This document shows, piece after piece, positions 38,446-47,716 of a stretch of 64,000 nt of DNA; within the stretch, counting starts at the first letter, position 1; every line of letters starts with the position of its first letter. The notes beneath the pieces were generated by a model that had not been told where the DNA came from, did no database searches, and saw only the letters and a list, made by a program, of their open reading frames with translations. A program made the position numbers and the translations under genes. This DNA is from Candidatus Poribacteria bacterium (GTDB lineage Bacteria; Poribacteria; WGA-4E; WGA-3G): NCBI GenBank assembly GCA_026702755.1, contig JAPPBX010000112.1, positions 15,364-79,363 on the forward strand, read 5' to 3'.

Positions 38446-39228
38446 CTAAGCCATTATCTCTCCAGATTCCGGATTTATTTTGAATCCCCCCGCCATAATG
38501 TTATTGTAAGGCTCTTCCGGGGCGCGTCCAACAGGGCGCATCTCTGGTTTGTGATACCCAAATCGAACCGCTTTCCGCCACTGTTCTGTCCGATTGACTT
38601 CTGACCAGTGAATGAGACAATAACTGAAGAAAATCACATCGCCTGCCTTCGCTGGGAGTGGAATAGAATCGATAAAATCTGGGTGGAATTTATCGGTCGG
38701 CAGATGGGGTGCCGTGCCTTCACCCGTGATGTGTTCCCGCGGTCCCTCCTTATGACTCCCCGGCACCACCCGCAGCGCGCCGCTTTCAAAGGGAGCATCA
38801 TCGAGATGGACGAGGCAATCCACAAAGTCGAGTCCATCGTGTGGATAGAACGGATAGTCTTGGTGCATCGGGAAAGGGGTGCCTTTTTCCGGCGGTTTCG
38901 CGTGTAGCACGGTATGGTGCCACTGGATCGTATCACCGATGAGCGATTGTACTGCACCGGTCAGCCGTTCATGGAAAATCACCCTGCCCCATGTAGCGGA
39001 GTAAAAATGCGGGTTGTGCATAAAGACTGCCTTCGTTGTCTGCTGATCCTCTTCTTTGAGGTAGCGCGTCCGCCAAGGTCCGGGCCAGCCGATTGTTTCT
39101 TGTCCCCAGTTGTTGATAATCTGCACCATCTCAGATGCCAGTTCTTCTGTTTCCTCTGTTGTGAAGAGTTGCTCTACCTTGAGATAGCCGTTCTCATGGT
39201 AAAATTCAACCTGTTCTTGCGTTAGCAT
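38446..39228 (-). CDS. PhyH-family (phytanoyl-CoA dioxygenase-like) Fe(II)/2OG oxygenase
   Basis: MLTQEQVEFYHENGYLKVEQLF.. is a typical PhyH N-terminus. A His-x-Asp motif (MHQDYPFYPHD) and a distal His (PGSHKEG) are present. Confidence 0.75.
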   Translation of the reverse strand: MLTQEQVEFYHENGYLKVEQLFTTEETEELASEMVQIINNWGQETIGWPGPWRTRYLKEEDQQTTKAVFMHNPHFYSATWGRVIFHERLTGAVQSLIGDTIQWHHTVLHAKPPEKGTPFPMHQDYPFYPHDGLDFVDCLVHLDDAPFESGALRVVPGSHKEGPREHITGEGTAPHLPTDKFHPDFIDSIPLPAKAGDVIFFSYCLIHWSEVNRTEQWRKAVRFGYHKPEMRPVGRAPEEPYNNIMAGGFKINPESGEIMA

Positions 39229-39467
39229 GTCAGACTCCTTATTGCGCTTGAATGTGTTCGCGTGCCAAAAACGTGTTGCTTGTTTTAAATTCTACTTTAA
39301 AACTGCATATTTTGTCAACGTGCTTTTAGAAGCAATCGGCAATCAGCGGTCAGTCTATGGATTGTCAACGAAAAAAGGAGAAGGTGAATCTAAAACAAAT
39401 GCTTGCATTAATGCGCGATGTATTATAAGATATTCGTATCTCGTATCAAGGAGAAAAGGAAAAAACA

Positions 39468-40973
39468 ATGAGTCTTTTGGGTATTGATGTGGGGACAACG
39501 GGGTGTAAAGTTATCGCCTTTCGCGAGGATGGAACTGTTCTCGCGCAGGCGTATGGTGAGTATCCGTTGACCCACCCGCAACCCGGCTGGTCAGAACTGG
39601 ACGCGAACGTCGTTTGGGAAAACATAGCGACTGGCATTCAGCAGGTTGCGACACAAACAAAATCAGATCCGATTGAGGCAATCAGTGTTGCCTCGCAAGG
39701 TGAAGCGGTGACACCGGTGTCCGCTGACGGGCAGATTTTGGCGAACGCAATTACCACGTTCGACGCACGGACAGCCGGCATCTGTGATGAGTTGCGGCAG
39801 CACGTAACACCTTTAGAGGTGATGCAAATCACAGGTATGCCGATAAGCGATATTCATACCTTGGCGAAACTTATCTGGATACAGCGGAATCAACCTGATG
39901 TCTATCGGCAGGTTTGGAAATTCCTCGGCTTTGAAGATTTCGTCTATTTCAAACTTGGGGTTTCGCCCGTGGTTGATTATTCCCTCGCTGCACGCACAAT
40001 GGCGTTTGACATTATTGACAAGTCTTGGTCGGAAAAAATGCTCGGTTTAGCGGATGTGGATGCCACACTCTTTCCGGATGCTGCACCATCGGGCACACCG
40101 ATCGGTGAAGTGAGTTCGCAGATCGCTAACGAACTCGGTCTACCGCCGGGTGTGGTATGCGTTACAGGTGGACACGATCAACCTTGCGGTGCGTTAGGCG
40201 CAGGGATTATACGGAGTGGCGAAGTAATGGACGCGACCGGCACCGTTGAGTGTATCGCCCCTGCCTTCACGGAACCCGTCATCAATCAAGAGATGATAGA
40301 TGGGAATTTCGCCTGTTATCCACACGTGGTTGATGGGTTGTATGTTACACTCGGTTTTGTGTCCAGTGGCGGTGTTGTGCTGCGATGGTACAGGGACACG
40401 TTCGCACAAGCAGAAATTGCACAAGCAGCTGCAGAAGGGCGCGACGTATATGATCTGCTGATGGAGGAATTACCCGATTCACCGGGGACAGCCATGGTGC
40501 TGCCACACTTCACCGGTTCGGGAACGCCGTCTCTTGATCTGGAATCGAAGGGGGCAATTGTTGGACTAACGCTTTCGACGACCAAAGGCGAACTCATCAA
40601 AGCAATTCTTGAAGGCATCAGTTACGAGATTAAACAGAATCTCACGATGTTACAAGATGCAGGTGTTGTGATAAATGAGGTGCGTGCCATCGGTGGTGGG
40701 GCGAAATCTGAAAAATGGTTGCAACTCAAAGCGGATATGTTCGGAAAAAAGGTTATTGCGCTTGATATATCGGAGGGCGTGTGCCTCGGTACTGCGATCC
40801 TTTCTGGCACAGCGATAGGCAAATATGATTCTATTGAAACGGCGGTCGAGCAGTTGGTCACGCCACGAGATGTGTACTATCCACGTGAGGAATTCGCACA
40901 GCGTTACGATGAAAAGTTGAAAGCTTATGAGCAGATTTATCCGGCACTGCGTTCCCTAAATTACCAGTTGTAG
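39468..40973 (+). CDS. FGGY-family carbohydrate kinase (xylulokinase-like)
   Basis: The N-terminus LLGIDVGTTGCKVIAF..PGWSELDANVVW and the conserved FGGY C-terminal domain (AIGGGAKSEKWLQLKADMFGKKV) support the call. Confidence 0.8.
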   Translation: MSLLGIDVGTTGCKVIAFREDGTVLAQAYGEYPLTHPQPGWSELDANVVWENIATGIQQVATQTKSDPIEAISVASQGEAVTPVSADGQILANAITTFDARTAGICDELRQHVTPLEVMQITGMPISDIHTLAKLIWIQRNQPDVYRQVWKFLGFEDFVYFKLGVSPVVDYSLAARTMAFDIIDKSWSEKMLGLADVDATLFPDAAPSGTPIGEVSSQIANELGLPPGVVCVTGGHDQPCGALGAGIIRSGEVMDATGTVECIAPAFTEPVINQEMIDGNFACYPHVVDGLYVTLGFVSSGGVVLRWYRDTFAQAEIAQAAAEGRDVYDLLMEELPDSPGTAMVLPHFTGSGTPSLDLESKGAIVGLTLSTTKGELIKAILEGISYEIKQNLTMLQDAGVVINEVRAIGGGAKSEKWLQLKADMFGKKVIALDISEGVCLGTAILSGTAIGKYDSIETAVEQLVTPRDVYYPREEFAQRYDEKLKAYEQIYPALRSLNYQL

Positions 40974-41007
40974 ACTTAATTTTTAAAGCCTGTAGGAAAG
41001 TCCGCTT

Positions 41008-41973
41008 ATGAAAGCATACGTCGTGGGCATTGACATCGGTGGAACGAAACTTGCCACTGTTGTCGCTGATAGTACCGGACACATCCTCGGCAAGGTGCGT
41101 AAACCGACACTTGCAGAAAAGGGACCGGAATACGCGCTTGGCTTGCTGTTCGATATGGTTCGCGAAACTATCAGTCTGGCAGGCGTGGAACAAGCGTCTA
41201 TTTCAGCAATAGGCGTGAGTTGCGGCGGTCCCTTGGACACAAAAACTGGAATCGTCTATTCGCCTCCAAATCTACCCGGATGGGACGCGCTACCGCTTAA
41301 AGCGAAACTTGAATCCGAATTTCAGGTGCCTGTGACGATCGAGAACGACGCGAATGCAAGCGCACTCGCAGAATACAGGTTCGGTGGTGGGCGTGGTTAC
41401 AATGCAGTCCTCTATATGACGATGAGCACAGGTATCGGAGGCGGTATTGTTCTTGATGGTCAGATTTACCATGGAGCTAACGATAGCGCAGGCGAGGTAG
41501 GGCACCAGATACTTCTACCCGACGGACCGCTTTGTGGATGTGGAAAGCGGGGTTGCCTTGAAGCACTCTGCTCCGGTCCTGCGATCGCACGCCGCTCACA
41601 AGCTGCAATACGAAAGCAACCCGTAAACAAAAAAGCATCAACAATGTTGTCCCTTACCAACGGGCGTATTGAGAATGTCAAGTCGGAGCATGTCCTTGAG
41701 GCGGCGCGCGCAGGTGATACCTTGGCTTTGGAACTTGTCTCTGAAACAGCGTACTACATGGGTTGGGGAATCGCAAATTTGGTAAACGTTTTGAATCCCG
41801 ACATCGTTTTATTGGGTACGATTGCGATTGCTGCCGGTGATCTTTTGCTTGATCCGATTCGGGAAACGGTTTCAAAATTCGCGATGGCACGCCCCGCAGC
41901 AGCAGTTGAAATCAAACCTGCACAGCTGGGTGATACCTTAGGAGACCTCGCTGCAGTTGCATTAGTTGTTTAA
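41008..41973 (+). CDS. ROK-family sugar kinase/regulator-type protein (glucokinase-like)
   Basis: It has VGIDIGGTKLATVVAD, a ROK signature with the zinc motif (GHQILLPDGPLCGCGKRGCLEALCSG). Confidence 0.8.
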   Translation: MKAYVVGIDIGGTKLATVVADSTGHILGKVRKPTLAEKGPEYALGLLFDMVRETISLAGVEQASISAIGVSCGGPLDTKTGIVYSPPNLPGWDALPLKAKLESEFQVPVTIENDANASALAEYRFGGGRGYNAVLYMTMSTGIGGGIVLDGQIYHGANDSAGEVGHQILLPDGPLCGCGKRGCLEALCSGPAIARRSQAAIRKQPVNKKASTMLSLTNGRIENVKSEHVLEAARAGDTLALELVSETAYYMGWGIANLVNVLNPDIVLLGTIAIAAGDLLLDPIRETVSKFAMARPAAAVEIKPAQLGDTLGDLAAVALVV

Positions 41974-42034
41974 AATTAAAAATCTACTGACAACCGACAA
42001 CTGATAACTGACAACCATACAAAAAGGAAACTAA

Positions 42035-42598
42035 ATGGAAAGAATTCAGCGTTATATTTCGCATCTACAAGATGTTTTAGCGCAACTCACAGTGGCAGAT
42101 GTACAGCGTTCCATAGATGTTATTATGGAAGCATATTATGCCGAAAAGCAAATTTTTGTAATCGGTAACGGTGGGAGTGCTTCTACAGCATCGCACCTTG
42201 CCTGTGATTTGGGAAAAGGCACAAGTGTGTCCGGCAAACCTCGTTTTCGCGTTATCAGTTTAACGGACAACGTTGCAACAATGACTGCATGGTCAAACGA
42301 TGTATCTTACGAAGATGTCTTCGTTGAGCAACTGAAAAATCTTGTGAACCCAGAAGATGTGGTTATTGGTATCAGTGCAAGCGGCAACTCCGAGAACGTG
42401 ATTCGTGCGATGCGACACGCGAAAGAGATTGGATGCCAGACGATCGGATGGAGTGGCTTCGGTGGTGGCATCTTGGCAACGATTTGCGATGTGAACGTCG
42501 TTGTGGATAGTGACCGCTATGGACCGGTTGAAGATGTCCATCTCATCCTAAATCATGTCCTCCACGCGTGGATCCATGAGGAGTTGACATCAGATTGA
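42035..42598 (+). CDS. gmhA: SIS-domain sugar-phosphate isomerase, GmhA (sedoheptulose-7-phosphate isomerase)/DiaA-like
   Basis: IFVIGNGGSASTASHLACDLGKG and VVIGISASGNSENVIRAMRHAKEIG align with the GmhA SIS motifs. Its length (187 aa) fits. Confidence 0.6.
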   Translation: MERIQRYISHLQDVLAQLTVADVQRSIDVIMEAYYAEKQIFVIGNGGSASTASHLACDLGKGTSVSGKPRFRVISLTDNVATMTAWSNDVSYEDVFVEQLKNLVNPEDVVIGISASGNSENVIRAMRHAKEIGCQTIGWSGFGGGILATICDVNVVVDSDRYGPVEDVHLILNHVLHAWIHEELTSD

Positions 42599-42622
42599 AT
42601 TTAAAATACACCTTGACGTGCG

Positions 42623-42652
42623 CGATTGTCTTAAGGTATAATTAGAGAAGTT
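42623..42652 (+). promoter_or_regulatory. sigma-70-like promoter (TTGACG-18-TATAAT) upstream of the NfeD gene
   Basis: The sequence ttgacgtgcgcgattgtcttaaggtataat is present; consensus only. Confidence 0.35.
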
Positions 42653-42745
42653 ATCAACCGTTTAAATTATTTTCAAAAAACACTTCAGAGTTGGAAAAGG
42701 CTGTACTTGCAATCCGAACAGAGGGACAGATAAGGAGTAATTATT

Positions 42746-44260
42746 ATGAGACGCAGAACAGATTTTCTGGTTTACGTGCTCCTTTCTTTAATAGGATGTC
42801 TGTTCATAAATGGCGATCTGTCTGCCCAAGACACCGCGCTGGTTTACGTGATTGACATCCGTAACGAGATCGGGAGTGGTCTCAGCACCTACATCAGTGA
42901 TAGTATTCAAACAGCAGAGGAAGCCGGTGCTGATGCCATCGTTTTTGATGTAGATACACCCGGTGGTAGGGTTGATTCTGCCGTGAATATCATACGCGCC
43001 ATTCAAGACACACAAATTCCCACAATCGCTTTTGTCAATCGTCAGGCTATATCTGCAGGGGCGATGATCTCTATCGCTTGTAATCAAATTGTGATGACTT
43101 CCGGGGGAACGATCGGTGATTCCGCACCTGTTAATATCCAGGGAGATGAAGTCGGTGAAAAAGCGGTTTCCTATATCCAAGGAACGATTCGCGCCACAGC
43201 GGAGCGGGAGAATCGGAACCCTGACATTGCCGAAGCGATGGTCGATAAAGAACTCGTCCTCGTTAAGCTCACAGATGGACAGATTATTAAACTTCTGCCC
43301 GAAGAATACGCTGCGCGTGAAGAGGAAGGTGAAGAGATGGAAATTCTCTGTGCACAAGGGAAACTTCTCACCTTATCCACCCAACAGGCATTAAATTATG
43401 GATTTGCAGATGCACAAGCCGAAACTCTCACAGAATTGTTGACACAATACGAAATTGTTGAGGTCGCTGGAACCAAGTTGCCGCTAACGGAAGACGGCAT
43501 CGCTCGATGGCAACGGGAGCTTGGGGCTTCAGAGGTCAACCGTCTAAAAATATTAGACAGCGCGCAGACTGTTGAGGTTGAGGCAACACTTGCTGATAAG
43601 ATTGTTTTCTTTCTCACAAATCCGCTTATCAGTACGCTTCTGCTTTCGTTGGGCACGCTCGGTATCTTTATAGAAATTCGCACGCCGGGTTTTGGTGTCC
43701 CCGGATTCCTCGGTTTACTTTGTATAGGGCTTTTCTTTGGTGGACACATGCTGACGAGAATCGGGGCGGAGTGGGCATTTTTGCTTTTCATTCTCGGACT
43801 TGGACTGATCGCCTTGGAAGTTTTTGTAATTCCCGGCTTTGGTATTGCCGGCTTTCTTGGTATTACCTTGATGTTGGGGAGCGTCTTCTTTGTCTTTGAT
43901 AAAGCTTACGAATTCCGTACGGCGGTTATGTGGCTCTCAATTTCCATAATTTTGACTGCTGGAATGACGATTCTCGCCGCTTTTTACCTTCCTGAGACGC
44001 GACTTTTTCAGAGACTCGCTTTATCCACAGTGATGGATACGGAGATGGGATACCACTCGTCCAGCCCGGAGGATTTTCAGGGGTATCTTGGACAGTCCGG
44101 GGTCGCACTCACACCTTTGCGCCCCTCTGGAACAGCTCGGATCGCTGATAAAAGAGTGGATGTTGTTACGGTCGGTGATTTCATCCCGCAGGATAGTAAC
44201 GTCAAAGTCGTAGAGGTTGAAGGATCAAAAGTTTTCGTAGAAGCCGTTGAGGATGTTTGA
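42746..44260 (+). CDS. NfeD-family membrane-bound ClpP-class serine protease (long form, YqeZ-like) with C-terminal OB-fold
   Basis: It has a signal sequence, a ClpP-like region (YVIDIRNEIGSGL...GADAIVFDVDTPGGRVDSAVNIIRAIQDT..IAFVN.QAISAGAMISIACNQIVM), TM helices and a C-terminal OB-fold-like tail (GTARIADKRVDVVTVGDFIPQDSNVKVVEVEGSKVFVE). Confidence 0.8.
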   Translation: MRRRTDFLVYVLLSLIGCLFINGDLSAQDTALVYVIDIRNEIGSGLSTYISDSIQTAEEAGADAIVFDVDTPGGRVDSAVNIIRAIQDTQIPTIAFVNRQAISAGAMISIACNQIVMTSGGTIGDSAPVNIQGDEVGEKAVSYIQGTIRATAERENRNPDIAEAMVDKELVLVKLTDGQIIKLLPEEYAAREEEGEEMEILCAQGKLLTLSTQQALNYGFADAQAETLTELLTQYEIVEVAGTKLPLTEDGIARWQRELGASEVNRLKILDSAQTVEVEATLADKIVFFLTNPLISTLLLSLGTLGIFIEIRTPGFGVPGFLGLLCIGLFFGGHMLTRIGAEWAFLLFILGLGLIALEVFVIPGFGIAGFLGITLMLGSVFFVFDKAYEFRTAVMWLSISIILTAGMTILAAFYLPETRLFQRLALSTVMDTEMGYHSSSPEDFQGYLGQSGVALTPLRPSGTARIADKRVDVVTVGDFIPQDSNVKVVEVEGSKVFVEAVEDV

Positions 44261-44270
44261 TTGTATTGAA

Positions 44271-44313
44271 TTACGCAGCTTCCCACGCTGGTCAGGTTTC
44301 ACACCTCGCCAGC
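44271..44313. repeat. partial copy of R1 palindromic element
   Basis: The sequence is ttacgcagcttcccacGCTGGTCAGGTTtcacACCTCGCCAGC. It shares the TTACGCAGCT(T)CCC left end and the internal palindrome with 18566-18649. No right terminal repeat is found. Confidence 0.4.
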
Positions 44314-44364
44314 GGTGCATAATACCTTCCGGTACCGGGGGTGTGTGGTTTGGAGGAACAACTA

Positions 44365-44849
44365 TGATATGGTTTCTGGTTTTCCTGATAGGCTTTGGAA
44401 TTCTGTTGGTATTTATCGAGTTGTTAATCCTCCCAGGATTTGGGGCGGCGGGTGTGCCGGGCTGCCTCCTTGTACTCATAGGTCTTGGGGTTGCTTGGTG
44501 GAAATTTGGTTTCCAAACTGCAATGATTTATGGAGGGATAACACTGGTGACAGTTATCCCGTTGGCAATAATAGGGTTGTCGGTAATGCGTTCAACGCCT
44601 GTCGGTAAAACCTTTATTTTAAGTGCAACCCAAGATAAGTCAGAGGGTTTCCATGCGCCGCCGTCGGAATTGATAAGTCTGGTTGGAAAGTCTGGTAAGG
44701 CGTTGACACCCCTGCGACCCGCGGGGGCTGCGCTCATCAGTGGACATCGCGTTGATATTGTCACACAAGGCGAGTTTGTTCCCGCAGAAACTGAGATCGA
44801 AGTTATTTTTGTGGAAGGCAGTCGTGTCGTCGTCCGTAGTTTACAATAG
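44365..44849 (+). CDS. NfeD short-form membrane protein (OB-fold C-terminus)
   Basis: It has N-terminal TM helices ([33 protein letters not shown]). The C-terminus ([37 protein letters not shown]) is homologous to the C-terminus of the preceding NfeD. Start is assigned to the ATG after GGAGGAACAACT; the upstream part of the ORF track's ORF overlaps the R1 repeat. Confidence 0.6.
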
Positions 44850-44859
44850 GAGACAAATA

Positions 44860-45762
44860 ATGATAGATGTATTTACAGGGGGAATTGCCCTTGTTGTCTT
44901 AATTGTTATCATAGCGTTCTTTTGGTTCGTCCCCGTTGGTCTTTGGATTGCTGCCATTGCAGCGGGGGTTCCTCTCCGAATTTTTGACCTGATCGGGATG
45001 CGTCTCAGGCGCGTAAATCCGAACGTTATTGTGAAGGGTTTAATTAGTGCCCACAAGGCTGGGTTGAAGGCCGTCACTTCCGAATTGGAAGCGCACTATC
45101 TTGCCGGTGGTAATGTACTCAATGTTGTCAGCGCACTTATCGCTGCGGATAAAGCGAGAATTGAGTTGAATTTTCAACGCTCTGCTGCTATAGACTTGGC
45201 TGGACGGGATGTCTTTGAGGCAGTTCAGGTTAGCGTTAATCCGCGGGTAATTACCACACCAAAAATCAGTGCGCTCGCCTTAGATGGGGTCGAATTGATA
45301 GCCACCGTCCGTATTACGGTGCGTACGAACATCAATCGGCTCGTCGGCGGTGCCGGTGAAGAGACGATCATCGCGCGTGTCGGCGAGGGCATTATCAGCG
45401 CAATCGGTGCCTCTGAGACCTATGAAGACGTACTTGAAAATCCGGATATTATTTCAAAAACGGTGCTCGACCGCGGGCTTGATGCTGGAACTGCTTTTGA
45501 AATCCTCTCTATTGATATTGCTGATGTCAACGTTGGCAAAAATATCGGAGCGGAACTCCAAGCGGAGCAAGCCGAGGCGGATTTGGTTGTCGCGCAAGCA
45601 AAGGCGGAGGAACGCCGGGCTATGGCAGTCGCTCGGAAGCAGGAGATGACTGCAGGCGTGCAGGAGATGCGTGCGAAAGTCGTTGAAGCAGAAGCACAAG
45701 TCCCTCGTTCCTTGGCGGGTGCATTCCGTGAAGGCAACTTAGACACTTCAACAGAACAGTAA
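44860..45762 (+). CDS. floA: flotillin-like protein FloA (SPFH/band-7 family, YqfA/UPF0365)
   Basis: The segments [31 protein letters not shown]...[72 protein letters not shown] align closely with B. subtilis FloA. The RBS is AGGAG. Confidence 0.85.
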   Translation: MIDVFTGGIALVVLIVIIAFFWFVPVGLWIAAIAAGVPLRIFDLIGMRLRRVNPNVIVKGLISAHKAGLKAVTSELEAHYLAGGNVLNVVSALIAADKARIELNFQRSAAIDLAGRDVFEAVQVSVNPRVITTPKISALALDGVELIATVRITVRTNINRLVGGAGEETIIARVGEGIISAIGASETYEDVLENPDIISKTVLDRGLDAGTAFEILSIDIADVNVGKNIGAELQAEQAEADLVVAQAKAEERRAMAVARKQEMTAGVQEMRAKVVEAEAQVPRSLAGAFREGNLDTSTEQ

Positions 45763-45820
45763 CCGAACTTAATAATATAGGCGTGGTCGGATGATCGCGC
45801 TGTATTGGAGAATTGTAAAT

Positions 45821-46852
45821 ATGACAACAACAATGGTCGCAATTATTGCTGTCGCGCTTATCTTGTTCCTAATCGTTATTAGCTGGCTCGTTCCAATTGG
45901 TTTGTGGATTACTGCTATCGCAGCAGGTGTGAAGGTCGGGATTTTTGATCTCGTTGCGATGCGTTTGCGGCGTGTCCCACCCGCTGGGATTGTGGAACCG
46001 CAGATTAACGCAACAAAAGCAGGCTTAAATCTATCACTTGACGATTTGGAAGCGCATTTTCTTGCCGGTGGGCGCGTTTCAAGCGTCGTGGCGGCGCTGA
46101 TCGCCGCGGATAAAGCCAACATTGATCTCGGTTTCGCGCAAGCGGCAGCAATCGACCTTGCCGGGCGTGATGTCTTGCAAGCCGTTCAGGTGAGCGTTAC
46201 GCCTGAGATTATTGATATTCCAAGTAGAGAAGACCCTAACAACGGCATCACTGCTGTTGCCCGTGATGGCATCCAGTTAATTGTGAAAGCACGTGTTACG
46301 GTGAGAGCCGATATTGACCGACTCGTTGGAGGGGCTACCGAAGATACTATCCGTGCCAGAGTCGGCGAGGGAATTATTACAACGATCGGTTCATCGGGAA
46401 GCCACAAGCAGGTTTTGGAAAACCCTGTTGGTATTTCAGAGACAGTCCTTGATAGAGGGTTGGCCGCTGGGACTGCCTTTGAGATTCTGTCTATTGACAT
46501 CGCCGATATAAATGTCGGCGAGAATGTCGGTGCAAAATTACAAACCGACCAAGCGCAAGCTGAACTCAAGATAGCACGTGCAAAAGCGGAAGAACGCCGC
46601 GCACGCGCCGAAGCGGAAGAGGAAGAGAACAAAGCACTCGTCGAAGAGATGACAGTCAAACTGATTGAGGCTGAAGCAGAGGTACCGCTTGCAATCTCGG
46701 ACACCTTTGATACGCAGAGGATGAGTGTGATGACGTATTACGAACTCCGTAATATCCTCGCGGACACGGAGATGCGTCAGTCGATCGCTTCACCCGGTGG
46801 TACACAGGAAATGGACACAACCCGTTCAGCGCACTCTCTCGGACTTTCATAG
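45821..46852 (+). CDS. floA: second FloA paralog (tandem)
   Basis: It has the same FloA signature ([90 protein letters not shown]) with a diverged C-terminal tail. The RBS is GGAG. Confidence 0.8.
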   Translation: MTTTMVAIIAVALILFLIVISWLVPIGLWITAIAAGVKVGIFDLVAMRLRRVPPAGIVEPQINATKAGLNLSLDDLEAHFLAGGRVSSVVAALIAADKANIDLGFAQAAAIDLAGRDVLQAVQVSVTPEIIDIPSREDPNNGITAVARDGIQLIVKARVTVRADIDRLVGGATEDTIRARVGEGIITTIGSSGSHKQVLENPVGISETVLDRGLAAGTAFEILSIDIADINVGENVGAKLQTDQAQAELKIARAKAEERRARAEAEEEENKALVEEMTVKLIEAEAEVPLAISDTFDTQRMSVMTYYELRNILADTEMRQSIASPGGTQEMDTTRSAHSLGLS

Positions 46853-47088
46853 TAGGAAGGTTATCAGTTATTAGTGGTCAGAGGATCAGTTTTCGGTTTT
46901 CAGTTTTCAGAGGAATAATTGTTAGTTGTCGGTAGTCAGTAACAAGAGTGTTCCGTTAAAGGATACCCTCTTAACTGATGACTGATGACTCTAAAAGAGA
47001 GGTGCTGTGGCTGCCACAAGAGACCTCTTAACTGATAACTGACCACTGATGACTGATGACTATTAACTGATAACCAACGAAGGAGAAA
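46853..47088. repeat. intergenic array of ACTGAYN heptamer repeats (family R2) including a 31 nt imperfect hairpin also found at 59687-59717
   Basis: The sequence reads ...ttaactgatgactgatgactctaaaAGAGGTGCTGTGGCTGCCACAAGAGACCTCTtaactgataactgaccactgatgactgatgactattaactgataacc. The hairpin plus the following ~15 nt are identical to 59687-59731. Confidence 0.5.
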
Positions 47089-47577
47089 ATGATGGAAAGT
47101 ATCATCCAGCTGCTGGCACCGCTGATTATCGTGATTCTAATATCACTCGTGAGTAACTCGCGTCGGCGGAAAGCACAACAACGGAATATGGAAAGACAGC
47201 AACAACCAAATATTGAAAGGCAGACGGATGAGAATGCGATGCCGGAAAGTGATGATGCGCTGCCTCCTTTCATGGAAGACTTTCCGTTTGTGACGGAATT
47301 AGAGCAGCAGGTTTCACAGCAGGACGAAGAGACCATGCCAGTTGCTGCCGTAGAATCAACACCTCCCGAATCGGAGGAACCGGATCCGGTTGTTGAAACA
47401 CCACAACCCCAACTACCTCCAGTGCCTGTAGATTCTCCAACCGGAAGGCGACCTATCCCTGGCACGTCATTACTGCAGTTGTCACCGCAAACATTTCGGC
47501 AAGGCATCATTCTCTCAGAGATCCTTGGTCGTCCCAAAGGACGTACCCGTCGGCGGTCAGTCGTCAGCCGTCAGTGA
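47089..47577 (+). CDS. hypothetical membrane-anchored Pro/Glu/Gln-rich protein
   Basis: It has an N-terminal TM helix (IIQLLAPLIIVILISLV) followed by a low-complexity acidic/proline-rich region and a basic tail (RPKGRTRRRSVVSRQ). The 3' end runs into R2-type repeats. Confidence 0.4.
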   Translation: MMESIIQLLAPLIIVILISLVSNSRRRKAQQRNMERQQQPNIERQTDENAMPESDDALPPFMEDFPFVTELEQQVSQQDEETMPVAAVESTPPESEEPDPVVETPQPQLPPVPVDSPTGRRPIPGTSLLQLSPQTFRQGIILSEILGRPKGRTRRRSVVSRQ

Positions 47578-47716
47578 AAATTAGCCATCAGCCTTCAGCG
47601 GTCAGCAAGAGGACGCTGGTTTATCAGAAAGAAACCTCTTTACTGAAAGCCGATAGTTATTCCTAATGAAATGGAGAGGTTTTTGCTTGGGTATTTCTTC
47701 AGATATACGCAAAAGC

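Noticed and set aside
46853-47088. Possible CRISPR array in heptamer repeat regions
   Set aside because: The repeats are 7 nt tandem units with no spacers and no cas genes. It is not a CRISPR.
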